Assembly: GCA_020184695.1 (NCBI GenBank)
Contig: JAANOX010000083.1
Span: forward strand, 248,001-312,000
DNA: 64,000 nt
Source: Histomonas meleagridis 2922-C6/04-290x
Lineage: Eukaryota > Protista > Parabasalia
Direction of reading: 5' to 3'
This document shows, one piece after another, positions 54,224 to 64,000 of the stretch. The notes below the pieces were generated by a model that saw only the letters and a list, made by a program, of their open reading frames with translations, was not told where the DNA came from and did not search any database. Positions within the stretch are counted from its first letter, which is position 1. The number at the start of each line of letters is the position of its first letter. Made by a program: the position numbers and the translations under genes.

Positions 54224-54514
54224 TCATGAATTAGAATAGTTGATAAGTTTTGAATATTCTTTGTCTAATTGTTTTATATATTTTTTGATGTTTCGAAGCT
54301 CAATAAGAAGTTGTGAATGACTGATAAAGTTGTTTTTATGATTCTTAGTTTTGGGTTTTTGTTCTCCGGAAATATGCTCAACAAGTTGCGATGAAGTAGG
54401 ACTTGAAAGTTCTTCTTCTATCATAAAATCGTTTTCATTGTCCATTTCTATTGCCTCAATGGTTTGAAGAAGTCTCAGAGATGCATTATTCGGTGTTAAA
54501 AATGGTTTCTCCAT
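54224..54514 (-). CDS. 96-aa hypothetical protein
   Basis: ATG-started ORF with a plausible composition and a C-terminal coiled coil. Confidence 0.6.
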   Translation of the reverse strand: MEKPFLTPNNASLRLLQTIEAIEMDNENDFMIEEELSSPTSSQLVEHISGEQKPKTKNHKNNFISHSQLLIELRNIKKYIKQLDKEYSKLINYSNS

Positions 54515-54836
54515 GGAAATTAATTACAACATCAAAAATGACATCAAAAATTCAATTCAAAATCATTTTAAATAGATTTTACATATTTATTAATATAATC
54601 AACAAATATATAAAGAGAATATTTCATGAAAAACAATGTTTTATTATGAAAGAAAAAAAATTGGAAATTTCAGATGAAATTAGATTAATGAATATAAAAG
54701 AATAAAATCAAAAAAACTATATAGAATTGTCTTTCATTAAAAAATTCAAGCTAGCTTAACATTAAAAAGATATTTTGCAATTTGGCCAAGCAAGAAATTA
54801 AAAGTTTTTTGGCTGGAGGAGAACGTTTACGTCACA

Positions 54837-55847
54837 ATGTTTATTCTCTTTTCTTTAGCAACTCTAACAATTTCGGCTAATGAAAACGCTGGGAAAATAG
54901 TAACACTCACATCTAGCAATTGGGATAAATATATTGAACAACGTGACCCTGATTCAGTTTGGTTGATTATGTTCTCTGGCGAGAAATGTCCAGCGTGCAA
55001 AATCACAATGCCTGCCTTTACAAAGGCTGCTTCCCAAGCTGATGGTATGATTAACTTTGGTGTTGTTATATCAGAAAAAGACCCCGGCCTTCACATGCGT
55101 TTTCAAATACGTGTTGTTCCTACCTTTATTATAATTCATAAAGGTGGTCGTGTAGATTACACTGGAAAAAGAACTGATCGTTCCTTCATTAATGCTGCTT
55201 CTAAATTTATTCCAGATCATTCAATCCCTGTAACCAAAGATTGGGTTGATGACGAAACATATTCCGCTATTCTTTTCACTGACAAAGAGAAGACACCACC
55301 AATGTGGGCTGCTGTCAGTTGTTCATTCCATAGCAAAATCCGAATTGGAATCACGTCAGACCCAGAAATTCTTGAGCTTTTTAATGTTGAAAAGACACCC
55401 ACTATTATTTTTACCAACAAAACTCACCGTATTACATACACAGGGCGAAATACATTTAATGCAATATCCCAATCAGTTTCCGATTTCATTGATGGTTCTT
55501 ATGAGGAGCCAATACAGTTCAACATTGACTTCTTTTTACCAGAAGAGTATACTGAAGAATGCGAAAACTTCAACGGTTATTGCATAATTCATGCATCAGC
55601 CGAACTCGATCCAAAACTTCGTGTTGCACAAGAAAAGTATTCGAGCAATCGCTTGAAGTTCTTTTATGGTGACGAAGATTTACCATTTGAATTCATTAAG
55701 CCAAATGAACTGTACATTATTGCACCGCACAAGAAAGAGGCAATGAAAGTACAAAGTGTAAACGAATTAAAGGAAGCAATTATGGACGTGTTCGATGGAA
55801 ATGCCAAATGGACACCAATAGAGGAGTTGGAAAGCGCTAATAAATAA
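54837..55847 (+). CDS. ER thioredoxin-domain (PDI-like) protein
   Basis: Signal peptide; WLIMFSGEKCPACK (CxxC), IRVVPTF (cis-Pro loop), and further Trx-like domains. Confidence 0.85.
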   Translation: MFILFSLATLTISANENAGKIVTLTSSNWDKYIEQRDPDSVWLIMFSGEKCPACKITMPAFTKAASQADGMINFGVVISEKDPGLHMRFQIRVVPTFIIIHKGGRVDYTGKRTDRSFINAASKFIPDHSIPVTKDWVDDETYSAILFTDKEKTPPMWAAVSCSFHSKIRIGITSDPEILELFNVEKTPTIIFTNKTHRITYTGRNTFNAISQSVSDFIDGSYEEPIQFNIDFFLPEEYTEECENFNGYCIIHASAELDPKLRVAQEKYSSNRLKFFYGDEDLPFEFIKPNELYIIAPHKKEAMKVQSVNELKEAIMDVFDGNAKWTPIEELESANK

Positions 55848-56545
55848 TTTTTTTTTCAGAAATGTTTTTGCATAATGTTTCAACTCATTATATCTTTGAT
55901 GAATATCTTCTACTAAAAAAACTATGAAATATTTTTAATTATTCATATATGGTTTGTTTTACTAATAATAATAACATCTTTCGTGAATTCGCGAATGTTT
56001 TAGTCTTTTAGGAAAAGCGATATTTGGAAAATGATGTATTTCTGAAAATAACGCTCGAATCGTAAAAGCAATCGCTTTTGGAAAATATACTGACTTTTCG
56101 GAATTAGAACCAATTCGGAAACACATATAAAAATATTTTTTATTTCATGAATTCTCAGAAAAAGAGAAAAAAAAGAATAAATTATATTTGGAAATTCTTC
56201 TGTTTTTGTAAAAGAAATGTATTCAGAAGAAAAGACGGTATATTTTTCTAAACGACCGCTTTTCGAAAAAAAAAAAAAGTAATATCCAAGCAAGCACAGA
56301 GCTTTTCCAAAATGACTATAACATTTGCGATCTACCACCTATTAGCAAAAAACTCTAATGTTTCTATGGATCATTGGTTCTGATCATTAATGTTTTATAA
56401 TTTTGTAAATGTCAAGAAAATAACAACTTTTAAAGGCTTTAAAAACAAAAATATTTGGATCATAATTTAGAAGCATTTGTTTTTTATAAATACAAATAAA
56501 ATATTTATAGGAAATAAAAAATAAACAAAATTGTATTTTTAACAT

Positions 56546-59383
56546 TTAAAACATTATTGGCGTTTGAATCTTTGTCCTCAACTCTTCGACTCTATTTTTA
56601 TAATTATATAATAATTCTTCTATTTCATTTATCGGAGCGTTTAATTTCTTTGCGATAATTTCCTTTTCTTTATTATCTAAATCCAAAAACTTCAAAATGA
56701 AATCTCCGTCGACGAAATTTCCTATTTCATAATTCGAACCATTTTTCTTTACCAAATGGGAATCAATATTTTTAATGTAACCGATTCCTATCAAATTATT
56801 TGACATAATTTGATAAATTTTTTTAAATTTTTCATCTAAACATTTCATAACAAATCCGATTCCACCACTTTTCGTCACGAACAAAAACAAGAAATCGTTA
56901 TTAATGTTTGAACTTAACAAAGTATTTACATTACAACTCATTTTATAAGCAAATTTAGTTATAATATTTCTTTCATTTTCTATGTTCATATTATATATTA
57001 TATCATCATTACTAATCGCAATTATATCATTATTACTTATCATTTTAGCGATTTTTAATGATTTCGGATTCATATCTCTACAAATTTCGGATATTATACC
57101 ATCCATAATCGTATAAATAATTATTGAAGTAAATTCATCAGAATATATAATAGTAAATGAATTTACACAAGTTAAAGAAGAACATTTAATTCTTGTGCTA
57201 ATTGTAGATTTTTTATATAAATTATTTTCTTCATTAAATCCTAATGCAGTTAATGAAGAATTATATGCTACAATTATATATTTTTGTTCAGCAAAAGTTA
57301 TTGCGTCAATCGAATTATTAAATGGAAAATCAGTTAATCGATTTAAATTGGAGTCATATATTATTACAATTCCTTTGTTTTCTATAGAACAACCTATAAC
57401 TAATAAAGGATTCGAATTATATTGGATCCATAACATACATTTCGGTATTTCTAATACTTTTAAATATACAGGTGGTGTTGAAGTAGATATTAAGATATAA
57501 TTCGATGCGTTATTACATGCAAAAACTATCGGATTATGATTAGTTTCATCAATGGCCATTAAACGAATTTTCTTTTGTAATATGAAATGATCTTCGATAT
57601 GTGTATGATAATAATTTTCTAATGATATAATCGATATATTTTTCGATGTTAATATAGCAATTTTATTCATATAATTTGTGGCATCAATTATTAATGGACA
57701 TGAAATATAATTAATTTTGTTATCTTTATAAAATGCAGGTGTATCAGATACTATAAATATTTCACCAAATATTTCACGTAAACCAAAAATTGTTCCATTT
57801 AAACTTAACTTTATGGAATTATGATATATTTCATTATAAGTACTAACGATAAGTTCATTGTTTTTATCATATATAATGGATGTTAACATAATCGAATCAT
57901 CAAATTCAAATTCTTTAACATCATTTGTTTCTATATTATATGTAATTAATTTTGCGTTTGAATAAAATATTACAGAAAATTCATCTTTCGTTAAAGCAAT
58001 TGATGATATTTCATCATCAAAATTATATTCATTAATTTCATTTATAGAAAAATCATTGATTTCATATAATATAATTTTCCTATTTTCAAATGAAATTATA
58101 AATTTATTATCAAAAGAAGAAGCAAAAGTTGCATCGGGTTCAAATTTTATATTTAATGTCGAGTTATCATTATTATTATATAAAATAATATTATGTTTTG
58201 TTATTTGAAGAATTAAAGAATTAATTTCATATACAAAAATTGTTGGCTCTTCTTTTAATAAATTCGAACCGATTAATTCAAATTTATCATTTAAAATATA
58301 TGTTAATGAAAACGTAGAAATTATAAATAATTTGTTTTCATTTAAATACCATATTCGTTTTCCGTCATTAATTTCAATATTTATTTCTTCAACTGTTGCA
58401 GAACCATTTAGAAATGATCGTAATTTACCATTTTTTAATATAAAGTTTGATCTATCCATAAAAGATACGCAATTTAATGATGCAAATGTATTGATAACTT
58501 TAAAAATATTATTGTTATAAAGTAAAAGTTGCGAATCATCAAATGATGAAATTTGTAAAAATAAACTTTCAGTAAGTTGAATTAATTTATCACATTTATG
58601 CGTTTGGCCAATTCGCTGTAAATCTGGAATAATAAATATAACGCCATCATCGTCAACAGCAATTATTTTGTCATTAACAGATGATAAACATGAAACTGAT
58701 GTTTGAAGATGTGTCTTTTTAACTTCTGCAAAATTTTTGATTTGTGAAATTGTGTTTTTATATGAAATCGCAAATGTGTCGTTATTGATTACAAGTAAAT
58801 TGGACATTTCTTGGGATTCTGTAAGTTCAAGAGATTGCATTAATTCAAGTTGTGCGTCATTAATTTGATATTTAGAAAGAGTAAGTTTCATATCGATATC
58901 ATTTCCAAGAATTAGAAATGTGTTATCTGAGATAAATTTGATGTCAAGAATAGAAGAATAAGGTAAATATTGAGGAAAGATTTCGTTTTTCTCTAAATCA
59001 ATAAAATTAAGTGTTCGAAGCCGAGTATGTGTGATTATGAAGTTTGGGTTTGTGGCTAATACATCATGAGTACGTTTTCCAATTTTAGTTGAAACATCAC
59101 ATTTTTTAATACAATGAAGTTCATAATTTAATTCTGCTTGTTTTATTTGAATTATTAATAATATTTCTGATGTTAGTAAAATAGCAATTTGGTTATTTGA
59201 AACATATTCTAGGCATGATATTTCACCAAATATTGGAAATATTTTTGGAGTTGAAATAAAATTATTTGATAATTCAGAAATTGAAATTTCATTTCCCTGT
59301 GAAAAGACAACCAACTTGTCTTCTGTCAAAACGCAATTTGAAATATTTGAAGGAGGATGCAAAGAACCAACAATAAAAGACAT
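56546..59383 (-). CDS. DDB1/RSE1/CPSF1-family beta-propeller, most like DDB1
   Basis: IFPIFGEI near the N-terminus; ICRDMNPKSL; C-terminal FVDGDFILKFLDL. Confidence 0.7.
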   Translation of the reverse strand: MSFIVGSLHPPSNISNCVLTEDKLVVFSQGNEISISELSNNFISTPKIFPIFGEISCLEYVSNNQIAILLTSEILLIIQIKQAELNYELHCIKKCDVSTKIGKRTHDVLATNPNFIITHTRLRTLNFIDLEKNEIFPQYLPYSSILDIKFISDNTFLILGNDIDMKLTLSKYQINDAQLELMQSLELTESQEMSNLLVINNDTFAISYKNTISQIKNFAEVKKTHLQTSVSCLSSVNDKIIAVDDDGVIFIIPDLQRIGQTHKCDKLIQLTESLFLQISSFDDSQLLLYNNNIFKVINTFASLNCVSFMDRSNFILKNGKLRSFLNGSATVEEINIEINDGKRIWYLNENKLFIISTFSLTYILNDKFELIGSNLLKEEPTIFVYEINSLILQITKHNIILYNNNDNSTLNIKFEPDATFASSFDNKFIISFENRKIILYEINDFSINEINEYNFDDEISSIALTKDEFSVIFYSNAKLITYNIETNDVKEFEFDDSIMLTSIIYDKNNELIVSTYNEIYHNSIKLSLNGTIFGLREIFGEIFIVSDTPAFYKDNKINYISCPLIIDATNYMNKIAILTSKNISIISLENYYHTHIEDHFILQKKIRLMAIDETNHNPIVFACNNASNYILISTSTPPVYLKVLEIPKCMLWIQYNSNPLLVIGCSIENKGIVIIYDSNLNRLTDFPFNNSIDAITFAEQKYIIVAYNSSLTALGFNEENNLYKKSTISTRIKCSSLTCVNSFTIIYSDEFTSIIIYTIMDGIISEICRDMNPKSLKIAKMISNNDIIAISNDDIIYNMNIENERNIITKFAYKMSCNVNTLLSSNINNDFLFLFVTKSGGIGFVMKCLDEKFKKIYQIMSNNLIGIGYIKNIDSHLVKKNGSNYEIGNFVDGDFILKFLDLDNKEKEIIAKKLNAPINEIEELLYNYKNRVEELRTKIQTPIMF

Positions 59384-59992
59384 TCTGAATTGTGTGGCCG
59401 TTTATTATTCCCCAAAGTTCAATCAAAGAGGAAATCTGAACAAAATAATCACTAAATAAAATCCAAGACAATTTAAACTTAACTACTTATAACCAGTTTA
59501 GTAGAATCAACAAAAAATACTTTTGCAAATTAGGCCTAATCAAATCAATTTTTTTTTTAATCTTTTTAAAAATAATTTTTATGAAAAATTGGTGTATACT
59601 CCAACCCGCTACACGAAAAGTAAATGACAAATTATATTATTAAAGAAAAATTCGAAATTTAGATTTATTATGGTGAAAATGTATTATTTTTTCAAAAAGC
59701 CAAAAAAGTTATTTCAATATTAAAATGTATAGCATGTTTATCTAGGGTATTACTGTTTTTGTCTGTGATAATATCTTATTATCTCCATTCTCATGGAAAA
59801 AATAAGAAACAAATCTAATCTTTCAGAAGCAAGCATATCATTGGATATATTATGGTTTGTATGAATTCAAATCAGTATTTTCATATTTTTTGGTTATCTT
59901 AATATGTATGAAAAAATTTTGAATCTCCTTATTCAAGATAAACATAATATTCGTAAACAATAAAAAAATTAATGTTTATATTATAGTATGAT

Positions 59993-62905
59993 TTATAAAT
60001 ATGATTGAAATATTCTTAGTTTTTCTGGATCATTTCCAAGTATCATTTGCACGTTAACATTTGTTATTTTAATCAGTTCTATCATTTGATTTCGATATTC
60101 TCCCAATGTTTTATCATCTATTTCTCTGTCTCTAAAGAATTCCAAAGGATTTCCAAACATTCTGATCAACACAGCAGCGAATTGATCCAAAAAGTTTCCA
60201 TTTGCTCTTTTCAACAACCATTCGAAGAATTTCATTATATCTTCGAATTCGTCTGCATCATAAATTGGTGGCATCAATTGCAAAAATGGAACAATTGATT
60301 CATCAACAACGAATTTATCATTTTGAGTAATGATTGCACCAATTGCACTTATTAAATTTTCATTAAATAATACGTCATTTTCATTATTCGGTGACATAAT
60401 AAACTTTTGTTTCAAGCCATTAATTATTTCATTTGAGTTTGGATTTATTAATTGAGATGCGAAAATCGAAATATTTTTAAGTAAATATACGCCCATATAA
60501 TTATATTGATTTATTAAATTTTGAGCTATTTCGAAAATTCCCAAAATTTTATCTTGAATTATATTAATTGGAATTTCTTGAATGATTTGTACAAGTATTT
60601 TAACTCCAATATTACTTATGTTTGGATCATTATGATTACATAACTCAACAAACAATGGGAAATATTGATTTATAATATTAATTGAGTTTTCTTTTAATGT
60701 CGAAATAATTCCACCGAAAATCTTTGAAGCGGATTCTTGAATAGTTAAATTAGAATCATTTTGAGAAGAATAACTTATACTATGATAATGTAAATTACAT
60801 TTAATTGCATTTTCAGTTGTTATTAATATATTATTTATATGTTCAATAATAAAGTTAATATTTACATTAGAAATAATATTATAAATTGCTTCAAATGATA
60901 TTGATATTGTTTCAGCATCTTCATTTGTATTTATCATATTTAATAAAATCGGAATTAACATATTTACTATTTTTTCTATGTTTTGAATATAATCATTTAA
61001 TGATTCAGTTATAATACAAGCGCCTTTTGCTGAATGCAAAGAATTATTCGATTTAATGAAATTAATAATTGTTGAATAATTTTGTTGCAAATAATCCGGA
61101 AATTTGGATGCTATAGCACAAAGAACTCTTAATGAAATATCGGAAATTGTTGCCGTTGATATAATTTCACTATTCGGAGGAGGGTTTTGACAAATGTTTG
61201 TTAATATTTGTATTACTAAAGTAATTGTTTGTAATGTTGAACTTGTATGAAAATCAACCAAAAATCCATAAGCATTAATCATTTCGATAGCTATGTATGT
61301 GTCTTCATTTTGCATTCCTCTTGTTAAAAACTCAGCAAATGAAAATGCATATTGTGAAAATTGTTCAACAGATTTTTCAGATAAATGCGCTAAACAATAA
61401 ATAGCATTCCCACATAATATAGAATTATTTGTTGATTGAAGAATAGTTGTCATTGTCGAATATAAAATATTAAAATTGTTTACAATTTCATTTCTACAAT
61501 TTTTGATTAAAGTTGAAATAAATTGTAAAATCGAAATTTGAATGGAAGTGTTCGTGCAATTCAAAATTTGTAAGAAAATTGGAAGTTTTGTATCGATTAT
61601 TTCATCAGAATTTTCCAAAAACGTTAAAGTCGTTTGAATTAAGTTTAATGTTTTAGTTGAAGGGAACTGAATTAATGATTGTAATGAATAATTCTGTATC
61701 ATTTCTAATAATTGTTGTTCATTTCCAATCATTTCAACAATTGTACTTAACGATTCACAAATCGCTTCTCTTAAACAATTTGATTGACATAATAAAGTTT
61801 TACAAAACATATCAACAACATCGCCATAAATATTCGAATAAAAATCAGGTTCTGTTTCAATACAACCTTTTAAGAATAATGAAATATAAAACATTCCAGA
61901 TTCACTTTGTTGGAATTCTTTAATTTTCGATATTATATTTCCAACAAGATTTGAATAAGGCGCAAAATGTTCGCCAATTATTTGTGGATAATTTGATGGT
62001 GATATTTCATATTCATCATCAGTATTATATTTGGATTGAGTTAAATAAAATGAAAATTGATGTATCGAAATCAAAAGAGCTTCATTAGAAAATATATCGG
62101 GATAAATTTCCATTATCGATTCTATTATATTAAAACATTCGTCTAAAATGTAAAAACTTTGCTTGAAATTATCAATTACCACAATAATTCGTTGTAATAA
62201 TTCAAATGGATTTATAATTAAACAATTCGTATTAATTGAATCAGAATAAATTTTTAATAAATTCTTTATAAGCGTTTGATTGTTTAATGTTAAAAGAAGA
62301 TTAAGAGAATGAACAAAAATATCACCAATATGAAATGGATTTGATGGATCTTCACAGTATAAAGATGAAAGATGAAATACAAATTGAATTGTAGTGATTT
62401 GAGAATCTTCAGATCCTTGAATGCCAATTTGTATAAGTTGCATAAACATATTAGAGATATTACCATCAATTGAAATTAATTCACACAGTGAATCAAAAAT
62501 TTGAATTGCTGATGGAACTAAAGAAACAATTTGATTATTGAGAACATGTGTAGAAAATTGAATTATTTCAGCAAAGGTAGCTTCACAGTAGTACTCTGTC
62601 AAAATGAGAGCCATTGTTTTTAATAACATAAGGCTATGAAGTGAAGATAAAGATTTAAATAGTGAATCAATAATTTCAGCTTTGTTTTCTAATGCATTCC
62701 AATTATGGTTAAGCCAGCTCTTAATTCCAAGAAGGCAATGCTCAAGTATATTTTCTTCAACATTTGAGTTTAAAATTAATAATAGGCTTGGAAATGAATT
62801 TACATTTCTATAAACGCTTTCTAAAAATTCGGTTAACTCTGGTGTTACACCTTGTCCATTTTGGTTTGATAAATTTTGGTAACACTGTAAGATCTGATTT
62901 TCCAT
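59993..62905 (-). CDS. Importin-beta family HEAT protein, importin-4/Kap123-like
   Basis: HEAT repeats; IBN_N-like start; acidic DDEYEISP loop; NENLISAIGAII. Confidence 0.65.
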   Translation of the reverse strand: MENQILQCYQNLSNQNGQGVTPELTEFLESVYRNVNSFPSLLLILNSNVEENILEHCLLGIKSWLNHNWNALENKAEIIDSLFKSLSSLHSLMLLKTMALILTEYYCEATFAEIIQFSTHVLNNQIVSLVPSAIQIFDSLCELISIDGNISNMFMQLIQIGIQGSEDSQITTIQFVFHLSSLYCEDPSNPFHIGDIFVHSLNLLLTLNNQTLIKNLLKIYSDSINTNCLIINPFELLQRIIVVIDNFKQSFYILDECFNIIESIMEIYPDIFSNEALLISIHQFSFYLTQSKYNTDDEYEISPSNYPQIIGEHFAPYSNLVGNIISKIKEFQQSESGMFYISLFLKGCIETEPDFYSNIYGDVVDMFCKTLLCQSNCLREAICESLSTIVEMIGNEQQLLEMIQNYSLQSLIQFPSTKTLNLIQTTLTFLENSDEIIDTKLPIFLQILNCTNTSIQISILQFISTLIKNCRNEIVNNFNILYSTMTTILQSTNNSILCGNAIYCLAHLSEKSVEQFSQYAFSFAEFLTRGMQNEDTYIAIEMINAYGFLVDFHTSSTLQTITLVIQILTNICQNPPPNSEIISTATISDISLRVLCAIASKFPDYLQQNYSTIINFIKSNNSLHSAKGACIITESLNDYIQNIEKIVNMLIPILLNMINTNEDAETISISFEAIYNIISNVNINFIIEHINNILITTENAIKCNLHYHSISYSSQNDSNLTIQESASKIFGGIISTLKENSINIINQYFPLFVELCNHNDPNISNIGVKILVQIIQEIPINIIQDKILGIFEIAQNLINQYNYMGVYLLKNISIFASQLINPNSNEIINGLKQKFIMSPNNENDVLFNENLISAIGAIITQNDKFVVDESIVPFLQLMPPIYDADEFEDIMKFFEWLLKRANGNFLDQFAAVLIRMFGNPLEFFRDREIDDKTLGEYRNQMIELIKITNVNVQMILGNDPEKLRIFQSYL

Positions 62906-63011
62906 TCTGGCTATTGAAACGTTTAAACTAAAACGTTAAAACTATTCAAATATTTTTGTATAGAAGAACGTTTATTCATACATCCATATAATAAAAAAGA
63001 CAAAACTAAAT

Positions 63012-63956
63012 TTACCGTATATGAGCCAGAAGCATATAACAAGTTACTATGAAGAATTCGATAACCATTGCAAAAAAGATTACAATTCCTGCAATACATA
63101 ATTTTTTTCCGATAGAGTTTGAGTTAACGAAGAAAGAAACAGCAAAATATGCTTGAGGAATATCTATATAATTCGATACAATAAAAGATGTGTTATGAAA
63201 ATTCACAAAATTATTGATTGCCGATAAATGAATATTTGCACCAATTTCTGTGACTGTAAAACCGCCTTCAATTTTTAATGGATATTCTCTTCTTCGACAA
63301 TATTGTCCGATTCCAGAAAAATTTGTAATCAAAGAAGAAGAAGGACACCATACTTTATAAAAATTTTCTGAAATATGTACTCCTGATAAATCAAGAGCTT
63401 GCTGAGCAAAACTAACAAAAGAAACTGAGGTAAGATTATCTTTATCAGTATTAAAGTCATTTGAATAATAGTATTGAATAACACCATTTCCACTAATTGA
63501 CAAACTGATGTTATACCCAAACATATTATGTATGATGTGAAATGAATATGAAGAATCTGTTTGAATACTTGGTAAATCCAAAACAAAATTATTTGGATAT
63601 TTAAGTGACTGATTGGTTTGATTTGTGGTTATATATACATCCATATTTTCTTGTGATAAAGTTAAAGGAATTGCAAGCAAAGAACAAATACTTTCGTCAA
63701 ATTTATTCTCTCTTGCCCACCAAACGCCACCTAATATTATTAAAACCAAGGAGCAGATTGCCATTATAATTGATTGAATCCAAGGATAGCAGCATGGTTC
63801 CATCTTGTTGGAAGCAGCTATAATAACGGTTTTTGTCAATTTTCTGTACCTGTACGACTTTTTTTTTAAATTTTTCAATACCTCTATCTGGTAAAGAAGC
63901 TTGGAATGTTCAACATTGACTAATGAATCTTTATTCGATTTTCTGGGGCAAACCAA
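63012..63956 (-). CDS. Two-TM hypothetical membrane protein with an extracellular loop
   Basis: TMs SIIMAICSLVLIILGGVWW and LCIAGIVIFFAMVIEFFIV. First ATG at 63803. Confidence 0.65.
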   Translation of the reverse strand: MVCPRKSNKDSLVNVEHSKLLYQIEVLKNLKKKSYRYRKLTKTVIIAASNKMEPCCYPWIQSIIMAICSLVLIILGGVWWARENKFDESICSLLAIPLTLSQENMDVYITTNQTNQSLKYPNNFVLDLPSIQTDSSYSFHIIHNMFGYNISLSISGNGVIQYYYSNDFNTDKDNLTSVSFVSFAQQALDLSGVHISENFYKVWCPSSSLITNFSGIGQYCRRREYPLKIEGGFTVTEIGANIHLSAINNFVNFHNTSFIVSNYIDIPQAYFAVSFFVNSNSIGKKLCIAGIVIFFAMVIEFFIVTCYMLLAHIR

Positions 63957-64000
63957 TCCTTTTTCTTCCTACGCCTAGTGCAGAATCAACCTTTGGTAGA

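Overview
AT-rich, gene-dense eukaryotic DNA with no prokaryotic features and no CRISPR array. Several signals point to a parabasalid (Trichomonas/Tritrichomonas/Histomonas-like; inference): Inr-like TCATTTT just before ATGs, M3-like promoter motifs, TAAA overlapping most stop codons, a 24-nt type-B trichomonad intron, and BspA and DUF3447-ankyrin genes. The window holds about 33 protein-coding genes, including SKI3-like, RPS4, an RCC1-repeat protein, a divergent H2A/H2B pair, BspA, CCT7, a Tom36/46-like protein, SCAR/WAVE, GET3, a HIRA C-terminal domain protein, DDB1-like and importin-4-like. It also holds one elongator tRNA-Met. Items not shown by the ORF track: (1) a two-hairpin H/ACA snoRNA (11328-11450) whose pockets match two peptidyl-transferase-centre pseudouridines that yeast and human guide with separate snoRNAs; (2) an intron-containing 78-aa membrane microprotein; (3) recurrent GT-less AT-rich inserts at one fixed position of ankyrin repeats; (4) a 1.76-kb element with about 260-bp terminal inverted repeats carrying a decayed ankyrin gene, next to a truncated DD34D mariner and a 20-bp minisatellite; (5) a 3.2-kb inverted duplication of three genes with reciprocal lesions; (6) an AACGTT motif just upstream of many start codons. 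Several single-base homopolymer frameshifts suggest residual long-read assembly errors, so some pseudogene calls may be artefacts. All family calls are from motif recognition by eye; no searches were run.
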